Below, in pieces: positions 26,331 to 39,954 of a DNA stretch of 64,000 nt. This DNA is from Octopus vulgaris (Eukaryota): assembly GCA_951406725.2 (NCBI GenBank), contig OX597842.1:21700001-21764000 (forward strand), given 5' to 3'. The notes under the pieces are model-generated. The model was not told where the DNA came from, ran no database searches, and was given only the letters and a program-made list of their open reading frames with translations. Every line of letters starts with the position of its first letter. Position 1 is the stretch's first letter. Position numbers and translations under genes: made by a program.

Positions 26331-26424
26331 GGGTAAAGAATTACCAATTTAATAATTAATAACTTTTACCAAGTAGTTCGGTATGGAAAAAAAAACATTA
26401 TCGGTAAAAACTTATACAAAAGTT

Positions 26425-26510
<86 letters not shown>

Positions 26511-26690
26511 ATATATTTTGTATATTATATTAATTAATTTTATTTCTATGGTTTGGTTTATGTTTTTCACTGTTTGATTTGCCTAATAGTGGTTTTATCT
26601 CTAATTTAATATATATATAATTATACTATAAAATTAGATTTAATCCTAAATCTAATTTTTCCCTGTAAGTTTGGATTTACTCCTTAATAT

Positions 26691-26787
<97 letters not shown>

Positions 26788-27058
26788 CTTAAAGCGTGAA
26801 TGGATTTGATGGACGGAATCTGAAAGGAACCCATCATATATGTGTGTATGTGTGCTAAGTGCTTGACCCCTCACCACTGCTTGACAACCGGTGTCGGTGT
26901 GTTTACACATTCGTAACTTTGTGGTTTGGGATAAGAGACCGATACAATGATACCAGGCTTAACAAATAAAATAACAAATACTGGATTCGAAAAACGTGAT
27001 TAAAATTCTCCAAAGTGGTGTCCAGCATAGCTGAAACTTGTAATAAATAAAAGATGAC

Positions 27059-27106
<48 letters not shown>

Positions 27107-27154
27107 AAACAAGTCAAGATAGAAAATGCTGAAATAATTTTATAAAGAACATTT

Positions 27155-27192
27155 CAGTACCGGTTTCGGTCATTTGGGACCTTTTCAACTGT
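27155..27192 (-). ncRNA. Penelope-type hammerhead-like motif with palindromic stem III (paralog ~47850-47886)
   Basis: Minus strand reads cag TTGAAAA ggtc ccaaat gacc GAAA CCGG TA ctg. Confidence 0.45.
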
Positions 27193-28348
27193 AACAATTT
27201 AATAATTAAATTTAGAAAAATTAAAAGAAAAGTTTTTTTAAAACAATATTTGTATAGTATTCAAATACAAGTGGCATTTTTCTTGTTTCTGCCTTTCTTT
27301 GTCTCTCTTGTTTACTCTTGTGGGTTCAAGGTTCATGTGAATTCTTGGTAGGGAAGACGAAGAAGAAGAAGAAGAAGAAAAACATATATATATATATATA
27401 TTTGGTGGGGGTGTGGAGTTATTGTGCTCGTAGGTTTGCTCCTTGCAATGAAATCGACATTGCCTGTACATGTCCAGAAGTGTGCCACACGTCAGATATC
27501 GAATTGATAACAGAACAACTCGTGAAATGTATTGTTTTACTACCTGTAACACCCTAACCATTAGGCTATGGTGTGTTTACACCTATGTATTTACAGCGAA
27601 AATTTCCCCCCAATACAACAATATACTGTGAACGGCTTTTTTACGGATTCGAGTAGGCCTCAAGCATATTTGAACTGGTAACAAGCTGGTAATTATACAC
27701 ATTGTTTAGCGCTTTCTTACCCTATGTATGCATACACACACACTCAAGCACGTACACATATCGTAACACGCTATTTTGTTTTTTGTTCTTTTTTGCTTGT
27801 TCTACTGTTTTATTTGTTGCTCTGTTCGATCAATGGAAATTATTTATTAATTACTGTGATAATCCCATCACCGTTATTGTTATTCGAATACATTCAACAT
27901 TTCTAGCTTCTAATGTCAACCTGTTGGCCTGATAAATTCATTTAATATCATAATATCTTCTATAGACACACTCCTTCTCAGCTCGTTTCATTATGTAAAT
28001 GATAATTTTGCTAATGATTCCCACTGAGCCTTGTTGCTGCTGTTGTTGTTGTAGGTGTTGTTAATGGTGGTGAGGAATTTCCCTGGTTCTAATCTTACTG
28101 CCATATACAGAGTGTTCGGACTTACTTTCATAGTTTGCATGAATGGAAAAGAGAACACAGAATCCCATCCAAAACTAAAACTGTTTAGAAAAGAAATATT
28201 AACTCGATTATGGCTGAATTTTCGTACTTTATATTTATTTTATGTTCTTTACGTTTCGTGGTGTCCTGTGCCGATATACGCATGTATATACAAATATATG
28301 TATGTACGTATATACTTGTATGTATGCATATATATCTATATATTATTT

Positions 28349-28748
28349 CAGGAGTGGCTGTGTGGTAAGTAGCTTGCTTATGAACCATAAGGTTCTGGGT
28401 TCAGTCCCACTGTATGGCACCTTGGGCAAGTGTCTTCTACTATAGCCTCGTGCCGACCAAAGCCTTGTGAGTGGATTTTGTAGATGGAAACTGAAAAGAA
28501 GCCCGTCGTATATATATATATATATATATATATGCATGTGTGTGTTTGTGTGTCTGTGTGTGTGTCCCTAGCATTGCTTGACAACCGATGCTGGTGTGTT
28601 TACGTCCCCGTCACTTAGCGGTTCGGCAAAAGAGACCGATAGCATAAGTACTGGACTTACAAAAGAATAAGTCCCAGGGTCGAGTTGCTCGATTAAAGGG
28701 GTGCTCCAGCATGGCCGCAGTCAAATGACTGAAACAAGTAAAAGAGAG
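28349..28748 (+). mobile_element. tRNA-derived SINE family A (paralog 49029-49366 with internal deletions)
   Basis: A-box-like tggctgtgtggtaag, B-box-like ggttcagtccc, core caccttgggcaagtg. Confidence 0.9.
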
Positions 28749-28922
28749 AGTGTGTGCGTGTATGCGTATGTGTGTGTATGTGTGTGTGGACCTGCGTGTG
28801 TATATGCGTTTATACTCGTACCTTCAAATGGTATTTTAAACAAACACTTCCTAGCTTAAACTAGTAAAACACGCAAAGAAAAAGAATATTAAAAATGTTT
28901 CATAAAAGTATTTATTGTCCAC

Positions 28923-31900
28923 AAATTTTCCTTGAATTATTCATGTTTGCTCCTTCTCGTTGTATGCTGTTTGCTAGTATCAAGTATATGTTGTCCTTAA
29001 ATTTTCCTTAAATTATTCATGTTTGCTGCCTCTCGTTGTATGCTGTTTGCTAGTATCAAGTATACGTTGTCCTTAAATTTTCCTTAAATTATTCATGTTT
29101 GCTCCCTCTCGTTGTATGCTGTTTGCTAGTATCAAGTATACGTTGTCCTTAAATTTTCCTTAAATTATTCATGCTTGCCCCCTCTCGTTGTATGCTGTTT
29201 GCTAGTATCAAGTATACGTTGTCCTTAAATTTTCCTTAAATTATTCATGTTTGCTCCCTCTCGTTGTATGCTGTTTGCTAGTATCAAGTATACGTTGTCC
29301 TTAAATTTTCCTTAAATTATTCATGTTTGCTGCCTCTCGTTGTATGCTGTTTGCTAGTATCAAGTATACGTTGTCCTTAAATTTTCCTTAAATTATTCAT
29401 GTTTGCTCCCTCTCGTTGCATGCTGTTTGCTAGTATCAAGTATACGTTGTCCTTAAATTTTCCTTTAATTATTCATGTTTGCTCCCTCTCGTTGTATGCT
29501 GTTTGCTAGTATCAAGTATACGTTGTCCTTAAATTTTCCTTAAATTATTCATGTTTGCTCCCTCTCGTTGTATGCTGTTTGCTAGTATCAAGTATACGTT
29601 GTCCTTAAATTTTCCTTAAATTATTCATGTTTGCTGCCTCTCGTTGTATGCTGTTTGCTAGTATCAAGTATACGTTGTCCTTAAATTTTCCTTAAATTAT
29701 TCATGTTTGCTGCCTCTCGTTGTATGCTGTTTGCTAGTATCAAGTATATGTTGTCCTTAAATTTTCCTTAAATTATTCATGTTTGCTGCCTCTCGTTGTA
29801 TGCTGTTTGCTAGTATCAAGTATATGTTGTCCTTAAATTATTCATGCTTGCTCCCTCTCGTTGTATGCTGTTTGCTAGTGTCAAGTATATGTTGTCCTTA
29901 AATTTTCCTTAAATTATTCATGTTTGCTCCCTCTCGTTGTATGCTGTTTGCTAGTATCAAGTATATGTTGTCCTTAAATTTTCCTTAAATTATTCATGTT
30001 TGCTCCTCTCGTTGTATGCTGTTTGCTAGTATCAAGTATACGTTGTCCTTAAATTTTCCTTAAATTATTCATGTTTGCTCCTCTCGTTGTATGCTGTTTG
30101 CTAGTATCAAGTATACGTTGTCCTTAAATTTTCCTTAAATTATTCATGTTTGCTCCCTCTCGTTGTATGCTGTTTGCTAGTATCAAGTATACGTTGTCCT
30201 TAAATTTTCCTTAAATTATTCATGTTTGCTCCCTCTCGTTGTATGCTGTTTGCTAGTATCAAGTATACGTTGTCCTTAAATTTTCCTTAAATTATTCATG
30301 TTTGCTCCCTCTCGTTGTATGCTGTTTGCTAGTATCAAGTATATGTTGTCCTTAAATTTTCCTTAAATTATTCATGTTTGCTCCCTCTCGTTGTATGCTG
30401 TTTGCTAGTATCAAGTATACGTTGTCCTTAAATTTTCCTTAAATTATTCATGTTTGCTCCCTCTCGTTGTATGCTGTTTGCTAGTATCAAGTTTACGTTG
30501 TCCTTAAATTCTCATTAAATTATTCATGCTTGCCCCCTCTCGTTGTATGCTGTTTGCTACTATCAAGTATACGTTGTCCTTAAATTTTCCTTAAATTATT
30601 CATGTTTGCTCCCTCTCGTTGTATGCTGTTTGCTAGTATCAAGTATACGTTGTCCTTAAATTTTCCTTAAATTATTCATGTTTGCTCCTCTCGTTGTATG
30701 CTGTTTGCTAGTATCAAGTATACGTTGTCCTTAAATTTTCCTTAAATTATTCATGTTTGCTCCCTCTCGTTGCATGCTGTTTGCTAGTATCAAGTATACG
30801 TTGTCCTTAAATTTTCCTTAAATTATTCATGTTTGCTCCCTCTCGTTGTATGCTGTTTGCTAGTATCAAGTATACGTTGTCCTTAAATTTTCCTTAAATT
30901 ATTCATGTTTGCTCCCTCTCGTTGTATGCTGTTTGCTAGTATCAAGTATACGTTGTCCTTAAATTTTCCTTAAATTATTCATGTTTGCTCCCTCTCGTTG
31001 TATGCTGTTTGCTAGTATCAAGTATACGTTGTCCTTAAATTTTCCTTAAATTATTCATGTTTGCTCCCTCTCGTTGTATGCTGTTTGCTAGTATCAAGTA
31101 TACGTTGTCCTTAAATTTTCCTTAAATTATTCATGTTTGCTCCCTCTCGTTGTATGCTGTTTGCTAGTATCAAGTATATGTTGTCCTTAAATTTTCCTTA
31201 AATTATTCATGTTTGCTCCCTCTCGTTGTATGCTGTTTGCTAGTATCAAGTATACGTTGTCCTTAAATTTTCCTTAAATTATTCATGTTTGCTCCCTCTC
31301 GTTGTATGCTGTTTGCTAGTATCAAGTATACGTTGTCCTTAAATTTTCCTTAAATTATTCATGTTTGCTGCCTCTCGTTGTAAGCTGTTTGCTAGTATCA
31401 AGTATATGTTGTCCTTAAATTTTCCTTAAATTATTCATGTTTGCTGCCTCTCGTTGTATGCTGTTTGCTAGTATCAAGTATACGTTGTCCTTAAATTTTC
31501 CTTAAATTATTCATGTTTGCTGCCTCTCGTTGTATGCTGTTTGCTAGTATCAAGTATACGTTGTACTTAAATTTTCCTTAAATTATTCATGTTTGCTCCC
31601 TCTCGTTGCATGCTGTTTGCTAGTATCAAGTATACGTTGTCCTTAAATTCTCCTTTAATTATTCATGTTTGCTCCCTCTCGTTGTATGCTGTTTGCTAGT
31701 ATCAAGTATACGTTGTCCTTAAATTTTCCTTAAATTATTCATGTTTGCTCCCTCTCGTTGTATGCTGTTTGCTAGTATCAAGTATACGTTGTCCTTAAAT
31801 TTTCCTTAAATTATTCATGTTTGCTGCCTCTCGTTGTATGCTGTTTGCTAGTATCAAGTATACGTTGTCCTTAAATTTTCCTTAAATTATTCATGTTTGC

Positions 31901-33920
31901 TCCCTCTCGTTGTATGCTGTTTGCTAGTATCAAGTATATGTTGTCCTTAAATTTTCCTTAAATTATTCATGTTTGCTCCCTCTCGTTGTATGCTGTTTGC
32001 TAGTATCAAGTATATGTTGTCCTTAAATTTTTCCTTAAATTATTCATGTTTGCTCCCTCGTTGTATGCTGTTTGCTAGTATCAAGTATACGTTGTCCTTA
32101 AATTTTCCTTAAATTATTCATGTTTGCTCCCTCTCGTTGTATGCTGTTTGCTAGTATCAAGTATATGTTGTCCTTAAATTTTCCTTAAATTATTCATGTT
32201 TGCTCCCTCTCGTTGTATGCTGTTTGCTAGTATCAAGTATACGTTGTCCTTAAATTTTCCTTAAATTATTCATGTTTGCTCCCTCTCGTTGTATGCTGTT
32301 TGCTAGTATCAAGTATACGTTGTCCTTAAATTTTCCTTAAATTATTCATGTTTGCTCCCTCTCGTTGTATGCTGTTTGCTAGTATCAAGTATATGTTGTC
32401 CTTAAATTTTCCTTAAATTATTCATGTTTGCTGCCTCTCGTTGTATGCTGTTTGCTAGTATCAAGTATACGTTGTCCTTAAATTTTCCTTTAAATTATTC
32501 ATGTTTGCTCCCTCTCGTTGTATGCTGTTTGCTAGTATCAAGTATATGTTGTCCTTAAATTTTCCTTAAATTATTCATGTTTGCTCCCTCTCGTTGTATG
32601 CTGTTTGCTAGTATCAAGTATACGTTGTCCTTAAATTTTCCTTAAATTATTCATGTTTGCTGCCCTCTCGTTGTATGCTGTTTGCTAGTATCAAGTATAC
32701 GTTGTCCTTAAATTTTCCTTAAATTATTCATGTTTGCCCCTCTCGTTGTATGCTGTTTGCTAGTATCAAGTATACGTTGTCCTTAAATTTTCCTTAAATT
32801 ATTCATGTTTGCTCCCTCTCGTTGTATGCTGTTTGCTAGTATCAAGTATACGTTGTCCTTAAATTTTCCTTAAATTATTCATGTTTGCTGCCTCTCGTTG
32901 TATGCTGTTTGCTAGTATCAAGTATACGTTGTCCTTAAATTTTCCTTAAATTATTCATGTTTGCTCCCTCTCGTTGTATGCTGTTTGCTAGTATCAAGTA
33001 TACGTTGTCCTTAAATTTTCCTTAAATTATTCATGTTTGCTCCCTCTCGTTGTATGCTGTTTGCTAGTATCAAGTATACGTTGTCCTTAAATTTTCCTTA
33101 AATTATTCATGTTTGCTCCCTCTCGTTGTATGCTGTTTGCTAGTATCAAGTATACGTTGTCCTTAAATTTTCCTTAAATTATTCATGTTTGCTCCTCTCG
33201 TTGTATGCTGTTTGCTAGTATCAAGTATACGTTGTCCTTAAATTTTCCTTAAATTATTCATGTTTGCTCCCTCTCGTTGTATGCTGTTTGCTAGTATCAA
33301 GTATACGTTGTCCTTAAATTTTCCTTAAATTATTCATGTTTGCTCCCTCTCGTTGTATGCTGTTTGCTAGTATCAAGTATATGTTGTCCTTAAATTTTCC
33401 TTAAATTATTCATGTTTGCTGCCTCTCGTTGTATGCTGTTTGCTAGTATCAAGTATACGTTGTCCTTAAATTTTCCTTAAATTATTCATGTTTGCTCCCT
33501 CTCGTTGTATGCTGTTTGCTAGTATCAAGTATACGTTGTCCTTAAATTTTCCTTAAATTATTCATGTTTGCTCCCTCTCGTTGTATGCTGTTTGCTAGTA
33601 TCAAGTATATGTTGTCCTTAAATTTTCCTTAAATTATTCATGTTTGCTCCCTCTCGTTGTATGCTGTTTGCTAGTATCAAGTATACGTTGTCCTTAAATT
33701 TTCCTTAAATTATTCATGTTTGCTGCCTCTCGTTGTATGCTGTTTGCTAGTATCAAGTATACGTTGTACTTAAATTTTCCTTAAATTATTCACGTTTGCT
33801 CCCTCTCGTTGTATGCTGTTTGCTAGTATCAAGTATACGTTGTCCTTAAATTTTCCTTTAATTATTCATGTTTGCTCCCTCTCGTTGTATGCTGTTTGCT
33901 AGTATCAAGTATACGTTGTC
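28923..33920. repeat. 76-bp tandem satellite/minisatellite, about 66 copies
   Basis: Unit aaattttccttaaattattcatgtttgctccctctcgttgtatgctgtttgctagtatcaagtatacgttgtcctt. Period measured as 76 (28999 to 29075). Confidence 0.98.
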
Positions 33921-34006
33921 TTCGTGTAGCATCTTGTAAGGTTTCGCTTTCATTCTGACATGCTTTGTGCTTCTTTTTGGGGATCTTTTCCTTTTGACCG
34001 GCACAT

Positions 34007-34747
34007 GTCAACACAATTTTTAGTTAACTAAACACTTTTAAACTTCGTATACTGGTAGAATGTGTTTATGAAGCATCATTTTTTTCTTGGCTTTATTGAG
34101 AAAATTCTATAGTTTGTAAGATATTTCGTCTGAAATTTCGAGCATTTCGGCAATTTTAACCAATCGCTCACCTCCATTTTGGGTGAAAAGATTCTGTGCT
34201 GTATGAATATGTTCCTTGTTTAAGAAACCGATTGGGTTTATTTACATTTGCGAAGAAAAAAAGATACCCTTGCCCACCCCTAACCCTAACCCTAATCCTA
34301 AAATAGTTTGAAATGCAATGGATCGATACTAGGGTCATAATTATGGGTGACAATTTCATACGATACCTCTACGGAAATTGGGATTTTTTTCTAGCGGTGT
34401 CAAATGAAAATGTCACCCATAATTATGACCCTAGTATCGATCTATTGCATTTCAATCTATTTTAGAATTAGGATTAGGGTTAGGGTTAGGGTTAGGGTTA
34501 GCGTTAGGGTTAGGGGTGGGGGAAGGGTATCTTTTTTTTCTTCGCAAATGTAAATAAACCCAATCTGTTTCTTAAACAAAGGACATATTCATACAGCACG
34601 GAATCTTTTCACCCCAAATGGAGGTGAGCGATTGGTTAAAATTGCCGAAGTTCTCGATTTTAAAGTGGAAATATGTTACAAACTATAGAATTTTCTCAAT
34701 AAAGCCAAGAAAAGATGATGTTTTATAAACACATTCTACCATTCTAC
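34007..34747. mobile_element. Long palindromic foldback element carrying (CCCTAA)n/(TTAGGG)n in its arms (left arm only in paralog, ~49925-50180)
   Basis: 34054-34375 is the near-perfect reverse complement of 34385-34740. Telomere-like repeats at 34278-34300 and 34468-34514. Confidence 0.85.
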
Positions 34748-34927
34748 CATTCGTTGTGCCTTTATGCTCACCTAAGGATGCATAATCAGTGAGCCCTGAG
34801 TTTTCTTCTGACTCAATTTATTGCCAGATTTGAGTCCTTTATCATTTTCCTTTTCACAACCACAAACAAATATTGTGGGTTTATGTCGATGTCTTTTATG
34901 AGATGTTGGCAATGTTACGAATGACTA

Positions 34928-36290
34928 AGATGGAAAAAAAACAAGGTTGGAATGAAAAACATAAAGACGCAATTCCATATTAGCAGCACCAGCGAGAAGG
35001 CCATGAATGGATAACAGAGAAATATAGAAAAGTGTACATTGGAGTGGGAAGCAACAATTGTTTTGATATGAAATAACTGGGTTCTCATGACAAACACGAA
35101 GTTAATATTACATTCCACACATTTGAGAAGATTTATTTGATAAAAGAAAGGCTCCAACGAGGAAAAAAATGACATTTGATAATTTCTGACAGTTTTGTCG
35201 CTTATTTCGACAAAATATTTGATCGGTGCAAATGATTATTCCGCAGCAAATATATCTCACGCGCCGGCAAGACTTAAATGAGGATTTAAATTAAGTTAAA
35301 AAATAGATCAATAGAAGGTGAAATTAATTGATTTCTACGCTAATACGAAACATAAATATGTCTTATTTTATATAATGTGGTCAAAGTTACAGAGTGACTC
35401 GAAGACTGGAAGTTTCGCTTATTGCCATTAACAGTCTAAGCAAATGTACTAAGCGTATTTCGTTATCTGTGCTTACGAATATTTTAAATACTTTTCAAAA
35501 TATTTCTGTTGTCAATTCTTAGTCATTCGTAACATTGCCAACATTTCATAAAAGACATCGACATAAATGGTTTTCATACAGAATAATATTTCCAAACTTG
35601 TTTTGATCGCTTATGAAGAAGAAAAATTATTAACGAACAACAAACACAGCAAATGCGTTTGCGGCTAGGGTGTTTGGTAAGGAATAGTCACTCTTATTAC
35701 ATCCCTTTACAGAATTGAGGTTATCTCCCTTCTACCGTTATTATTCCGGTTTGGAGAAAAATGCGTTTTTTTTTACAAAAACCTTTGAACAAATTTAATT
35801 TTTTGTACTTTCTAATTTCAGTTTCATAGAAAGAACAATTTGTTTCGTAAAACATAAATTTACCCCCATATTTTCCTCAGATTTTCCCCTTATTTTTGCT
35901 TCCATTTGGATATTATCTTTTGATAAACAAACCTTGTTTTATTTTGAGTTTCTTGCAATTTTTGGCAAATTCCCAGTTGCAGAATTTCTTTAGAAATTTG
36001 TTGTGCAATATCATATTTATATAATTTCCATCCTATATGTGCTTGGAATAACCTGATGGAAAGGCAAATAAAACAATCTAAAACGATTTTCAATAAAATA
36101 TTATCGAACTTTCAACCTGTCCCCTGATATTCTGTAAAGAAGCCACAATATTGAGATGATACTCACGTACATTCTAAAGTTGATTGTTTGAGATATATCC
36201 TGCTACAAAAGTACTATTTGTTTTGTATTAATTTCTTATTTTGGTATGCATTTAATTGCAAAACTGAAAAGCTTTGTTAAAATTCCTCTT
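34928..36290. repeat. Segmental duplication, copy 1 (block B)
   Basis: Collinear with 59011-60380. Confidence 0.93.
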
Positions 36291-39200
36291 TAGCGAAAAT
36301 CTCGACATGATAAAAACATTTCTGAGGGCATTTCTGGAACCCAACACCATTAAATTAAGGTGGGACTAATTGTGTAAACTATGACAAATAAAATGTTCTC
36401 CAATGTTATGAATAAAGATACAAGAGTGCTTATTCAGAGAGTAAGCTGTAGAAGAAGCATTTTGGATGGGAGAGGAAAACTAACTATAGTTTTGAAAAAT
36501 CAGTATACCAAATTTTAATGTAAACCAAATGAAAATTATGTTCAAAATTGTCCTCCTGTGTGATCTAACAAGTGAATCGCTGTACTTATAGACCCTACTA
36601 CGTCTGAATTCATTGAGCAGGTGCCAGCTGTGACTAATGGTAAACCAACGAACTATACCACCCATCCTAGTATTAGCACTGCTTCTCAGGGGGAGGACGA
36701 CTAGGATCAGAAGTGACGCCACAAAGCCCTGGGCCTCTTTGCTTAACTCGATTAATTCACAAGAAGAGGGGAAGAATTTGAAAGCGACGAAGGCTCCACA
36801 AAAAATTGCACGGGTGAATTTAGCTCCAGCGACAGATCTTAGAAGCGTCCGGTTGAACAATGACTTGAACATTATTCCGGACAACATTATGAAGGGTGAC
36901 GCTACCGGGAAGGTAAGAAACGTGGTGCAATTGGTACAGCAGGCTTTCCAATATAATTTGGGCTTGAAGGAAAGCAAGAGCAACAAGCAGGACAGTTTCC
37001 ATAAGAATCAGCGTCAGGTGGCAGAATTGAGGAAAGAGAAAGACAGCTTAAATATGGTGGAAAGAAGCATACGGTGAAAAACAAAATAGTTAAGTTAGTT
37101 AATTTTTTGCTCAAAAAAAAAACAAGGCCATGTAGGGGGACATGGAGTTATGTACAGGGTGGTGTTCATGCAAAGAGTTCCGGCCATTTCTGGTCAAGAG
37201 AGACTTTGAACCGAGCGGTCGTCGGCATCTTCACTATCTCGTCCGGCAGCTTATTCCACAGATCCGCGCAACCCGGACGGAGAAGGCCCCTCTCCTTCGA
37301 TTGAGATGAAATTGTCGCAGATAGAGCTTTTCGGAGTGACCCCGCAGCCGACGCTCTGGAGCATGAGTGAAGAACAGCTCGTTCGAGAGGTTACACATTT
37401 CAGTTTATGGTGTTGTGAGCGAGATTGAGATCACCACGGCGTCATCGTTTTTCTAGAGAATAAAGGTCGAGCGTCTTCAGCCTTTCTTCATAAGACAAAT
37501 GCTTGAGACCAAGAACCATGCGGGTAGCCAGCTTTTGGACTCTTTCGAGATGAATTAGTTTTAAAGCAACTGAGCGCGGAGTTACGAAACATTCTGCTCC
37601 ACCTGCGCACGACAGAATCATATTGGAAAAGAGAGAGAGAAAGAGGGACAAAGAGAAATAGAAAGAGACCAAGAGAGGGAGAGAGACATAAATGGAAAGG
37701 GAGAGGTGCAGACAAAGGAAGGCCTTTATAAACTTCAAGTTCACGCGGGAGATTAATATACTGTGCGGAAGACGAGGAGAGCAGAGTAACATCTGTGAAT
37801 GATGTCCCAAGAAGAAATATCCCTCTCTTCTGGTGGAGGGTTATCTTTTCTAGGGACATCATGCACAGAAGTGAAGGGATGTGCCCTAGTCTACTCAGAA
37901 TGACCCCGAAAGCACATCAGTGAGTTCGGCAATGAGGAAAAGGCGAACAACTCACTTTCTGTTGTTTGGTTGGATCTCGACAAAGCGTAACTAAGCGTGT
38001 CCTACCAGTTACTTCTAAATGAAATGGAGTACTCCCAAGTAGCAACGGACATAGTTGGACTAACAATGTCCCACATGTATTCGTTGAGGCTGAGATTTAC
38101 CGTGGGAAATTTCACAACAAAATGGTAGAGTAGAAAAGAGCATTATGTTAGAATACCCAATTTCCGTGGAGCTAATTGTGGCAGCCACGAACCTATTGCG
38201 AGAGGTGGTGGGGAGCAGAGAACCTGTCCCGAAACTGACGGAAACATACGAAATCCACTATGCAGGGCATTCAGGAAATCCTACGATTACTGAAGGTAGC
38301 AAAATAAAGGTAGAAAATCTACCGTCATCGCAGCTTTAGAGGAACCATGGCAAAACAATGCTCTGAGATCCATACAAACACAAACAACAACCACTAAAGT
38401 TTATGTGAATATAATCATAGAAAAAGAAATTTAATTACGAAAAGGAGCGAAAACATGGAATACAAAACAATTGTAGACTTATTTAACTTCATTAATGATC
38501 TTTCCTCTGCAGCATGCTTAAGGAGTCTTATGACCGATAATTAAAAAATCAGAGAATTTTGGAGGAGTACTTTTCCTCTTTCCAGAGTTGTAATTACAAG
38601 TGTTTGAGAACTGGAATTGTACAAAACGGCGGAAAATACAGAGGCAAAATAAGATAAGAAAAAGAATCGTTATAGTAAAAAAACAAATTTTAGTAAGCAT
38701 ATAATAATTCTAAAACTGAAATAAATCTCCTTTGAGCAGATGAGAAATGTAATTTCACAACTAAAACGAAATACAAAATTTAAATTTTTTGATCATATAT
38801 AAGAAATGTACTTACATGTTCTCTCACAAAACCATTCCGAAGTCTCCGATGTCGAACTGAACAATGAAGCTTTGGGGCCGCAATTTATAAGAATGTGCGT
38901 GAGCGCGCATGCATCTGTTTCTTAAATGGCAAATGGTCATTGATAGGTTATTCGCAGAAAATGACCTCAGAGAATTTGAACAAGAGAGAATGGCTTCTAT
39001 CTTTCTATCTATCTCTTTATCTTTCTGTCTATTTATCGTTACACACACACACACACACATGTATATATAAATATGTGTGTGTGAGAGTGTGTATGTGTGA
39101 CTATCTATCTATCTATCAATCAATCAATATACATATGGATAACTAGAAAAATAGATATACACATATCTATATATGCGCAATACATAATTAAGCAATTAGT

Positions 39201-39920
39201 TATGACTTGTACAGAAACTTCTTGGGGAGTGTTGGCTTTCATATCAGTTGCTTTTGTTGTTTTTTCTCTCTTGTGTTCTTTCGCAATTCCCAGAATAATT
39301 TTAGTTGCTTCTGGGACTGACCAGCTACTTGCAGACTAATAGCTACTTGCTTTTGGGATTGACTAGCTTCAATTAATTGATGTCATCAAAGTAGTGAAAG
39401 ATCAGAGTTACACATAAATGAGAATCCGATAAATATTTTAAGGGGTCAGTGTATATTTGTATACTGGGAGAGGACCCCTTCATACAAGATTGCCAGGATC
39501 GAAATGGGCCTTAGTCTTTGAAACACCCGGTACCCTCTGTTGTAGGGTGCTTCTTGATGCCGGGGATGTGGGCGACAATTGCCAGTTTTAATATGGAATA
39601 AATCCGTGTGTCGGTCTGTCTGTCTCTCTGACACTACTTCAGTGTTTATCAATCTATCAGTGAAACTATCTCTCTATCTGTCTGTCTGTCTGTCTATCTA
39701 TCTATATATCATTCTATCTATATATCATTCTATCTATCTATCTTTCTATCTACCTATCAATCTATCTGTCTGTCTGTCTGTCTAACTGTTTATCTATCTA
39801 TCTGTCTCTCTATCTATCTATCTATCTTTCCATCTATCTATCTATCTCTCTGTCTGTCTATCTATCTATCTATATGTCTGTCTATCTATCTATCTATCTG
39901 TCTGTCTGTCTATCTATCTA

Positions 39921-39954
<34 letters not shown>

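Larger units (their letters stand above)
20436..34262. repeat. Large segmental duplication, copy 1 (block A)
   Basis: Collinear with 36567-50180 from aacaagtgaatcgctgtact to tttgcgaagaaaaaaa. Confidence 0.95.

Noticed and set aside
28923-33920. CRISPR-like regular array
   Set aside because: Units are contiguous and near-identical, with no unique spacers and no cas genes. It is a eukaryotic tandem repeat.
34468-34514. Telomere or chromosome-fusion site
   Set aside because: Only a few units, embedded symmetrically in the arms of a foldback element.
35890-36093. ORF shared with 59936-60190 as evidence of a conserved gene
   Set aside because: The similarity is explained by the recent duplication, the frames diverge at an indel, and there is no recognisable motif.
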